Shown piece by piece: positions 50,645 through 58,215 of a stretch of DNA of 64,000 nucleotides. How positions within the stretch are numbered: position 1 is the stretch's first letter; the number at the start of each line of letters is the position of its first letter. The stretch comes from a virus. Under the pieces are notes generated by a model that saw only the letters and a list, made by a program, of their open reading frames with translations, did no database searches and was not told the DNA's origin. The stretch is from positions 1-64,000 of the IMG/VR virus record IMGVR_UViG_3300037083_000054; one strand, 5' to 3'. A program made the position numbers and the translations under genes.

Positions 50645-50902
50645 ATGCACGAAAAACGACCAGGAAGACCGCCAAAGTCAGGCGTCGCATTCGGAGTTCG
50701 CATCGAGATTCGAGCGACGGACGAAGAGCGAGACCGCATCGACAAGGCGGCGAGCATTGCCGGTAAAGAGCGATCCGAGTGGATTCGTAGCACGCTGCAA
50801 TTAGCGGCGAATCAGACAATTGAAGAACATGATTCACAACCAGTGTTGAAAATGACGAAGAGATCTGTAAAATCAAAGAAGACCGGCCATGCTGGAACAT
50901 GA
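50645..50902 (+). CDS. Ribbon-helix-helix-like regulator (DUF1778/MobA-like), probably leaderless
   Basis: RPGRPPK..IEIRATDEERDRIDKAA....RSEWIR; ATG 6 nt after -10. Confidence 0.8.
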   Translation: MHEKRPGRPPKSGVAFGVRIEIRATDEERDRIDKAASIAGKERSEWIRSTLQLAANQTIEEHDSQPVLKMTKRSVKSKKTGHAGT

Positions 50903-51183
50903 CCGGCTTCGAGAGAAAAACGCCAATCTTCGGGATTGGCACCGATGGCATCCTGCCATCACCTGCTATCCGTCGAGGAACAGCCTGTCATTGCGGCAAA
51001 TTGCCGTCTTGTCAGATCGAACCAAAACGGAAGCAGGCCATGAAGCCATATGGCTTGCATGGCAGTCCTCCTGAAAACCGAGCGATTGGATTATCTTGGG
51101 TTCTAAGTCAAAGTACCCAATCCTCGGTCACTGAGGCACCACTATCCACAGTGGCCCGGATGTCGCCTCGTTTGGCATCCGGG

Positions 51184-51533
51184 TTATTTCTTCGCTTCCT
51201 CTCCACTCCATTTCCCGTCCGGGAGCTTTCTGAAGTTTTTGTCGTTCAGCGTGGTATTGACAGTTCCCTGCGGAATTCCTGATTTGGCGATAACGTCACG
51301 ACGCAACATCGGCCCCTCTTTAATCAAAAACTCTCTCAATTCTTGAACCCTAGTCTTTCCCGCAGTAGTGGCATTGCCTGCTGGCGTTTTATTGCCTCCG
51401 CCTGCCGGAGTTTTCTGATTCGACCGGGGCGGTTTTGAAGTAATTCGCTCAATTGCTTCTGCACCGAGCATTAATTCCTCCACTGTCGTTCCGATTGCAA
51501 TCCAGCCATTTTCTGTTTTTTGAATTGATGCCA
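51184..51533 (-). CDS. Tn-B cargo, small protein with C-terminal winged-HTH-like region (start uncertain)
   Basis: LREFLIKEGPMLRRDVIAKSGIPQGTV...F..LPDGKW. Confidence 0.55.
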
Positions 51534-51783
51534 TACAAGTCCCCGCGATTCTGTTCCAGACGTCGATAATGACAATACTTATGAATGGTATCGACCATAA
51601 CGTAAAAAGCAATAGCGCAGGGAACGACCATAATTTGGTCATGCGTCCATATTGCCTGAAAACGAAAAAGGCCCGGAGATCCGCAGATCACCGAGCCTTG
51701 ATAAGTTTGAGAAAGCCCCCGTCAGTTGATTAAAAGTGCAGAACTGCGATTATTCGTGCAAGTGCCATTAAACGTGCAAAGCC

Positions 51784-52316
51784 ACCGCACCAGTGGCAAA
51801 AGAAATCAGAGCGACTGCCCGCATGATGGGGAATCCGAGGCCCGCGACGGTGGTTTTGACTCGTGGGAATTCCAATTGGTTCTCAGCAGTATCCGGCATT
51901 GAGAGTGTCGTACCGTCAGCCAGGAACAGTTCACGGCCTCGCCAGTGCCAAGCATTGTCGGCAGTACCGTGAACGCTGCATCCGATTTCCTTCGCAAGTC
52001 GCGACATCACTTGAAGAGGGAAGCGACTGCGGGCGTCGGCATAGCTAGCGGATGACGCTGAACAGGCAGGAAGTCCATTCGCCACGCGATGAGCCAGAAT
52101 CCGGCTCACAGCTTCATTGAGCGATTTATCTTGACTGAGACACTGAGACAGCCACGCCCATAGAGTGACCAGCGGGCAAAACACTCGTTGACGATATTCG
52201 TGCCCTTCATCTTCGAGAACACCGACAACATGGTCGCGTTTGAGAAGTCGTCCAAATGGAAGCCCGTCATCATTTGCAAATGTGTCACGAACTAAGCGGA
52301 AGTCTTTTCTGCTCAT
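51784..52316 (-). pseudogene. N-terminal fragment of IS4-family transposase, cut by Tn-B
   Basis: RQRVFCPLVTLWAWLSQ, SYADARSRFP, WRGR.LFLADGTTLSMPDT, GFP; homology ends at the Tn-B TIR. Confidence 0.88.
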
Positions 52317-52320
52317 CTGA

Positions 52321-52440
52321 TTCGCCTTTTCTTCAGGGCGAACCGTGATAGAATGCTGTTGTGATACGGGGCATTCTGGCGGATTCGCTGGTTTGAACTG
52401 GACCCGGTTTCGACGCCAATTGAAGCCGGGTTTTTCTTTT
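52321..52440 (+). ncRNA. Structured transposase leader / putative antisense RNA (copy 3)
   Basis: TTCGCC/GGCGAA hairpin over the RBS region, GATAGAATGC..GCATTCT helix, terminator CCCGGTTTCGA/TTGAAGCCGGG + T run. Confidence 0.62.
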
Positions 52441-52491
52441 GTCAGGTCGCCAAACCCAACGCATGAAATAATATCAATCCTCTGATTTATT

Positions 52492-52542
52492 GTCCAGACA
52501 AAAAAACATTCGAATTGACAAATTTTTGTCTGGACGTAATAT
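52492..52542. promoter_or_regulatory. Promoter and operator inverted repeat of the IS4 element
   Basis: GTCCAGACAAAAA / TTTTTGTCTGGAC; TTGACA-N16-TAATAT. Confidence 0.7.
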
Positions 52543-52551
52543 GTCGGAATC

Positions 52552-52749
52552 ATGAAGCACAAAACTGATCCACTGAAGCGGGGTCGATCGTCGACCGGGC
52601 AAATGCCGATGAAGTATTTCAGGATTGCGGACGAAGACTGGCAACAGATCGAATCTGCGGCCAGTGCGTCCGATGAAACGACTTCTGAATACATTCGCCG
52701 AGTCCTGTTGAAAGACTCGGCCCGCATTCTCAAGAAAAAAGATGCCTAG
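52552..52749 (+). CDS. Ribbon-helix-helix-like regulator
   Basis: KRGRSS..KYFRIADEDWQQIESAA....TSEYIRRVL. Confidence 0.75.
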   Translation: MKHKTDPLKRGRSSTGQMPMKYFRIADEDWQQIESAASASDETTSEYIRRVLLKDSARILKKKDA

Positions 52750-53203
52750 ACTTCACCGCCCTGGAGATTTAATCTATGCAACCGATCAGGATGCCTGTTA
52801 TTGCTCGGTATTGCAGACGTGACAGATATTCCCAGAACCAGTAAACATACCGCGATCCTTGCAGAGCAGACATTTCTGTCCCTTCCTTGTTTTGCTTGTT
52901 TGTGGAGTGTCAGTAGAGCGTCAAACCACATCCGAGCGAGTTGCTGGGGATAAAACGTAAGAGACAGTCATCAGGCCCCAACCTGATGACTTCTTTTTTT
53001 GGAGGACTCCAAAAACTCAATGGACGATTTCATATACAGGACCGTTTTCAAAAGCGAAAAAGATTCTTTCAATCTCACTTATCCGCCCATTCAACCTACG
53101 CAAATCCAAAAGCAGAAAAGAGACAAGGCCCCGCCAAGTTATCGATACTTGACGGGGCTCATTGTTTCAGAGTTATTCAGATGAGCAATCGCAGTTGCCA
53201 TGT

Positions 53204-53258
53204 GTGTTCGCGCGAACACTTTCTTGCGCGCGAACACTTTGTTCGCGTTTTGTTCGCG
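53204..53258. repeat. Cluster of direct and inverted GTTCGCG / CGCGAAC repeats
   Basis: GTGTTCGCGCGAACAC palindrome, then CGCGAACAC, GTTCGCG x2. Confidence 0.7.
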
Positions 53259-53957
53259 CTATGGGTTGTATCGACCGCGTGCTTTGAGCATGCGAAGGCT
53301 CGCCAGTAGTCGCTTGGCTTTAGTGTCGCTTCCTAATGTTTCTCCCGTAAATTCACGAGCGGTTTGATTTTGGCTTTTGCCGCTTCCCTTGTCAGAGTTC
53401 AATCGAATGGCGAGATCGCGAATATCAGGATTATCAGGAATTCCTTTCGGGAACATTTTGTGAGTGTTCGCGTCGATGGCGATCTTTTGTGCAGCCAACT
53501 CAATGCCAGCATTCAGAATGTCATCAATTGCTGAGGACGGAATTGGATGAAATGTATATCCATACCGATGAATGCGATGAGATTCGTAACATGCGACTGA
53601 TGACCGCACGACATGGCTGACCCAAGGTAATTTCAGAAGTTTGCGGAACAAATGCGCGAGACGTGACGTAGGATAGGAAACTATGATTTGCGAATGGATT
53701 GATCGCAGCAGACTCGCCATTGTCTGCAATGCGGGTATGTTCGCAATTGCTTCGGCAAGACTCGGCTCAGGATTTGTATTCAGAAGCCCTGAAAACAGAG
53801 ACGATTCCCCGGCAGTAGAATCCGCATCCAATTCTCGTTCGTCGTCCACGGTAAACAACCATTCTGCCATTTCTGGTGGATTGCCTTGTGGATGAAAATA
53901 CTGCCTTAGGTGAACGGCCAATTGATGCAACTCTCCGACCAGAATATCTGCCGTCAT
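53259..53957 (-). CDS. IS4-element cargo with C-terminal HTH-like region
   Basis: GKSQNQTAREFTGE...AKRLLASLR. Confidence 0.6.
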   Translation of the reverse strand: MTADILVGELHQLAVHLRQYFHPQGNPPEMAEWLFTVDDERELDADSTAGESSLFSGLLNTNPEPSLAEAIANIPALQTMASLLRSIHSQIIVSYPTSRLAHLFRKLLKLPWVSHVVRSSVACYESHRIHRYGYTFHPIPSSAIDDILNAGIELAAQKIAIDANTHKMFPKGIPDNPDIRDLAIRLNSDKGSGKSQNQTAREFTGETLGSDTKAKRLLASLRMLKARGRYNP

Positions 53958-54431
53958 TGCGCTGCCCGATCATGCCTCAACCTTGATAATAAGCCATATG
54001 GAAAATCTTCATTATCAATATTGTGATTTGAATTAGACTGCGAAAGCAAACGATCGTCTCTCTGTCGAAAGCATTGTTTCCCAAGATTGAGAATATCACA
54101 TTGTGATTTATCTCGGTCTCGTCGTCATCGCCTTGAATCCTGCTCCGCCGAAGCGGTAGTCTGCTGTCGATTGAGAGAGTTCGTTTAGTGATTAGGAGTT
54201 TTGACGTGTGGCCGATTTGGTCACTAATGACATTGTGAATTGACGCGTGTGCGTCTCTGCTTCGCCGAAAATCCGCCAACTTGGACCGCCTATGGTTCTT
54301 GAAATGGAAGCAGTGCTTCGACCGCGCTCCCGCAAGGGAGCGTCGGCGTGGTGCTGTTCCGTTTCATCCCTTGGCGGGGATTCGGCGAGCGGTCCTGTCG
54401 ACGCTCTTTTTCGTTTTCGGGGGCCAGATCA

Positions 54432-55952
54432 ATGCAACGATTTGAATGGACCTGTCCAGGATGCCAGAAGAAATTCAGTGTTCCCACACTTGAAGGGTTG
54501 ACCCTGTGTCCTGCCTGTCAGCCGTTCAAGCTTGATACGTCTCAGTCGCCACCGAGCATTAAGCGTGTTCAGAAAAAACAAACCACTTCCCTGCTTGCTT
54601 TGACTTCCTGTGTGATTTTAATCCCTGTCATTATTTGGCAATGGCATCACCTGATTTCATCAGGGAAACTCGCTGAGATTGCTGCGATTTTCCCCGCAGA
54701 AGACATCGGGAAATCTCCGGTTCGAAAATGGCTGAAAGACAATCTCGATGATGGGTCTTGGGAAGAAGTGAAATGGTGGCCAACGATTCCCACTCAAACA
54801 CTCTATAACGCCAATGCTCTGCGACTGCTGGAACATATCGAGGAACAAAAGAGTCGATTCGAGAGAGGTCTTCCAACAAAGCATGACGCTCTTGCCCATT
54901 GCAAAGCTCAATTAGACGCATTTCAAGTAGCTGGAGTTCGTCATTTTTGTGCCATCAAATTTCGAACAAAAAGCCCCTTTGGAGGAATGGTTCTTCAGAC
55001 GCGAACATTTGAAATTCGTGAAAGAGAGGCCATCCCACTGAAAGCCGATCGGATTGTGGAGCAGGATATTCGCGATGCGGAAGTCATCACTCATGATGTT
55101 TGGGATTTTCTCAATAACTCTGAATACGACCCTTCGCCGCAGCCGTTCCCCTTGAAAATCACTGAACGGATTCGCACGGCCCTTGTCTGGAAGAAGCCGA
55201 AAAAGAAAGAAGCAAAAGAGGAAAATCCGGAGCCAATCGTTCAGCAGGAGCGAAACATTCGCCCGCGCCCGATGCAAGTCCAAATGCCAGTTGAACAAAT
55301 TGAAATTCCTGAACGGAAGCCACATCAAATCGTCAAAAACGACCCGCCAATGGAGAAGCCACCGGAACTACAAAGTGGTGTTCCGAAGAAGGTTCGCGAA
55401 TATTTCGAACGAAGCAATGAATTGAAAAACAAACAAAAAGAATTGGAGTCTCAGAGCGACAAACTGGAGTCCGCAATCAAAGGGGCAGCACCCGCGAGCA
55501 AAAATATTTTGCGTGACAAGCTGACGACAGTCAATAAATCATTAGTGGAACTCAAAAAGTTGAAGTTCATACCATTCATGCCGTCGTCGCCGGAATTCGG
55601 CGATATTGGTTCGTTCAGGGCAATTGAAGTGCGGGCAATCTTTAACGATGAAACCGCCATTATCGCATGGTCCCCGAACGGATATTCACCAAATGGCGAA
55701 TTATTGAATCCGATCTATCACTTGGTTGTCACACCAATTGACGCGAAGCAGGCGAAAGTTGGTAAATCGGCTGTGAATACCGATCTCTTCCGAATCACGG
55801 CAAGTCGCGAAGTTCCTCTGCCTATTATGAATGATGACATGGTTAAAGCCGTCTATGATGCGCCTCTCATGTTCGTGGCCGAACCGGTCAAGAAATACGA
55901 GATCGAACAATATCGCGAACAGTACCAAAAAGAAAACACTAAAAAGAAATAG
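54432..55952 (+). CDS. IS4-element cargo, Zn-ribbon membrane-anchored protein
   Basis: WTCPGC..CPAC, TM helix, large C-terminal domain; start re-picked at 54432. Confidence 0.7.
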   Translation: MQRFEWTCPGCQKKFSVPTLEGLTLCPACQPFKLDTSQSPPSIKRVQKKQTTSLLALTSCVILIPVIIWQWHHLISSGKLAEIAAIFPAEDIGKSPVRKWLKDNLDDGSWEEVKWWPTIPTQTLYNANALRLLEHIEEQKSRFERGLPTKHDALAHCKAQLDAFQVAGVRHFCAIKFRTKSPFGGMVLQTRTFEIREREAIPLKADRIVEQDIRDAEVITHDVWDFLNNSEYDPSPQPFPLKITERIRTALVWKKPKKKEAKEENPEPIVQQERNIRPRPMQVQMPVEQIEIPERKPHQIVKNDPPMEKPPELQSGVPKKVREYFERSNELKNKQKELESQSDKLESAIKGAAPASKNILRDKLTTVNKSLVELKKLKFIPFMPSSPEFGDIGSFRAIEVRAIFNDETAIIAWSPNGYSPNGELLNPIYHLVVTPIDAKQAKVGKSAVNTDLFRITASREVPLPIMNDDMVKAVYDAPLMFVAEPVKKYEIEQYREQYQKENTKKK

Positions 55953-56007
55953 CACGTTTGTGATATTGGCAAGAGATTGCAAGTTTTCCGAAATGATTCA
56001 CAATGCA

Positions 56008-56121
56008 AAACGCCAGCAACGGAAATTGCTGGCGTTGTTTGTTCTCGTTGGGAGAACCGTGCCGAAATGGTGTCAGCATGGTAACGACTCCCGATTTGTT
56101 TTCAAGATGGGAGTCGCATCA
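56008..56121 (+). ncRNA. Conserved four-hairpin inter-cargo element (copy 2)
   Basis: Colinear homology with 48468-48579. Confidence 0.6.
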
Positions 56122-56475
56122 ATGTTTCTGGTCATCGACAAAAACGATCACTTCATATTCCTTCAAGCCGACCCGAGCATGGAGGAGAATTTTCATCTGA
56201 CTGTCGTGAAAGATGTAGAAATTAGGTGGGATATGAAACCATACGGAAATGGATTGTGGCCAGACTCTACCGAACGATCAGTTCGAATGGGAGAAACCGG
56301 ACAGAATCCCAACAATCGAAAGCAATATCGTTATTTCAAGTGTCGCGATGATTTAATTGCGGCTGGATATGAAATGGTTGATAAAACTCACGCGATCAAG
56401 GAACCTCCACGTGAAGCGGCTTCGTGGTCGGAATATCTGAAACAATGCGAACAGCGGGGTGAGTCCACCACATAA
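56122..56475 (+). CDS. IS4-element cargo, hypothetical protein
   Basis: ATG preceded by GGGAG in conserved hairpin. Confidence 0.6.
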   Translation: MFLVIDKNDHFIFLQADPSMEENFHLTVVKDVEIRWDMKPYGNGLWPDSTERSVRMGETGQNPNNRKQYRYFKCRDDLIAAGYEMVDKTHAIKEPPREAASWSEYLKQCEQRGESTT

Positions 56476-56730
56476 TTGTGACTTCAGTTCCGTCTCGCTC
56501 AAAAACGAACCCCCAATCGGCAATTTTTTTTGGTGACCCGTGAGCATTAATAGCGGTAAGTTGCACGCGGTCGTCTGCGAACAGGTCGACGAGACTCTGA
56601 ATCAGTTCCATAACTTTCGGCTTATTCCGATTGACGCCTGTTTCACCCATGACATTTCATTCCTTTTTCAAATCGTATATATCATAAAATCGCCATTTTT
56701 CAGGCCCAATTCCTTATCCTAGTGCCATTC

Positions 56731-56806
56731 TAGATTCGAACTACCATGAATCTTTCGATCCGCAGAATTTTAAGTTCTGTGCGTTTGCCAGTTTCGCCAC
56801 GCATTC
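56731..56806 (-). pseudogene. tRNA-Leu(TAA) with 3' end removed by the IS4 element
   Basis: D arm GCGAAACTGGCAAACGC, anticodon arm CAGAA-CTTAAAA-TTCTG, long variable arm, GTTCGAAT; sequence switches to the TIR after ...TTCGAATCTA. Confidence 0.82.
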
Positions 56807-56810
56807 AAAA

Positions 56811-56879
56811 TGGATGATGTAGGATTCGAACCCACGCCGCAGGATTTACATCCCCGTTCTACCGCTGAACTAATCATCC
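56811..56879 (-). tRNA. tRNA-like gene with shortened anticodon arm (GTA/Tyr or TGT/Thr, ambiguous)
   Basis: Acceptor GGATGAT/ATCATCC, D arm GTTC/GAAC, T arm GTGGG-TTCGAAT-CCTAC; anticodon region GGGGATGTAAATCCT is non-canonical. Confidence 0.65.
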
Positions 56880-56975
56880 GTCGGCAGTTCTCTCAATCAT
56901 CATCTCGAAGGCAAATGACAACGCCAGATACACACTGCCAATCTCTCTGGCTCTCTCACGGTTTGTTCAATTCAG

Positions 56976-57129
56976 TTGTCACGGCAGGATTCGAACCTGC
57001 ATCACGCTTAGTCCACGGTCCGCATACGCGGTTACGCTGCTGCTCTCGCTGTGATTTAGGCAGGTCCGCCTTGGATTGAGCATCACCAAAGTTATCCCGC
57101 CGCGTCTCTACCAGTTCCGCCACATGACA
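56976..57129 (-). ncRNA. Expanded tRNA-like RNA (~154 nt) with ~100 nt in place of the anticodon arm
   Basis: Acceptor TGTCATG/CGTGACA, D arm GCG-GAACTGGTAGAGA-CGC, T arm GCAGG-TTCGAAT-CCTGC. Confidence 0.7.
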
Positions 57130-57430
57130 ACGGATGCCGTTTTCCATCGACTCATTTTCCGGCTGTCACAACAGTTGACGATTGCCCACTTCAATGACTT
57201 GTTCAGCGATCGCCTTACCGCCGCCAAATACGAAGCCCCCAAGTTCTCTGCCAGCATCGGGCCGACTATTGAAGACACGACTGAGAATGATTCCGCACAA
57301 TTCGAGTAATTCATGACAAGCCCGCAATTCCGTGGCACTGAGCGGGACATGATCGTCTTGAGCGATGAGATGTTCAATGACGTCATCGCATTCGCGAAGC
57401 TTACTAAGCGTTCCGCGAAATCGCCAGTTG

Positions 57431-57757
57431 TCATGATGCATTCTGAGTCTCCTTTGGGGCAGGCGATCCCGGCTTCTCTCGCGGCGAAATGCCGAGTCTC
57501 CGCAGCCGATCATTCAATGTTCTCGGAGCAATCGCCAATTGACGACACATTTCCATTCGATTCCCGCCGCACCGATGATATGCCGATCGAATCGCGGCAT
57601 CTTCGAGTTCCTGCAATGTTGCGGTCGGATTTCCGAGCATCGCTTGATCCTGAAGGAACTCAATCTCTCGCAGTAAATCCAAGATAGTCAACGACTTCGT
57701 ATCACTTGAAGCACTATGCGTGAATCGAATATGCTCGATTATTTCCTTTGTCATCAT
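57431..57757 (-). CDS. Fis-type HTH protein
   Basis: TLQELEDAAIRSAYHRCGGNRMEMCRQLAIAPRTLNDRLRRLGI; start after GGAGG. Confidence 0.75.
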   Translation of the reverse strand: MMTKEIIEHIRFTHSASSDTKSLTILDLLREIEFLQDQAMLGNPTATLQELEDAAIRSAYHRCGGNRMEMCRQLAIAPRTLNDRLRRLGISPREKPGSPAPKETQNAS

Positions 57758-58215
57758 CGCGTTGTTCCTCCCTGAAACGTGAAAGTTGAATAATATCCGG
57801 GTTCTCGCCGTTAATGGGGGCAAAGTCCTCCACGACCGGCAGGTTCACCACCGCTATCATCAGCCAAAGACACCCGAACATTGCAATGAACACAACGACG
57901 GAAAGCAGGATTTCGGCAGTCATTATGCCAAACATTTTGGACTCCTTTGCGAGTGAGAATAAATCAATGGTTGATTTATCGGCGATTCAGTCATTCCGCA
58001 TCAGGCATTTCCTTCTGACGGGCAACCCAACTGGGAATCTCGCCCAAACTGGGCATGCATTAATTTAAACGACCGAAACCGCTTAGCGGATCATGAAAAT
58101 CTCTCATCTTTCGCAAAGTTTTTGTTTCTTGTATGCTTCATAGTTCTTATCGGCCCAGTGAAAACGAGTCGCGAATATGCCTTCTGGTGTGCTTGCGACT
58201 TTCGCCTTTTAATGG

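Larger units (their letters stand above)
47878..51783. mobile_element. Tn-B: 3906-bp cargo-carrying SWIM-DDE transposon nested in the IS4 transposase
   Basis: Perfect 17-bp TIR GGCTTTGCACGTTTAAT (47878-47894 / 51767-51783) plus subterminal repeats; no TSD. Confidence 0.88.
47785..56730. mobile_element. IS4-type cargo-carrying element (8946 bp including nested Tn-B)
   Basis: Perfect 19-bp TIR GAATGGCACTAGGATAAGG (47785-47803 / 56712-56730); IS4 transposase fragments inside; no TSD visible. Confidence 0.88.

Noticed and set aside
50439-50951. 576-aa transposase with long N-terminal extension from the ORF track
   Set aside because: Homology to the Tn-A transposase starts at 50438; the extension overlaps the leader, promoters and the opposite-strand RHH gene.
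52317-52733. N-terminal extension of the IS4 ORF (51768-52733)
   Set aside because: It is the shadow of the regulator and leader; the last codons at 51768-51783 come from the Tn-B TIR.
56882-56940. Fourth tRNA in the cluster (GGCAGT/ACTGCC pairing)
   Set aside because: No convincing T-loop or D arm.
56976-57129. Canonical tmRNA or group I intron-containing tRNA
   Set aside because: Too short, has a D stem, lacks G3-U70 and lacks a group I core; kept only as an atypical tRNA-like RNA.
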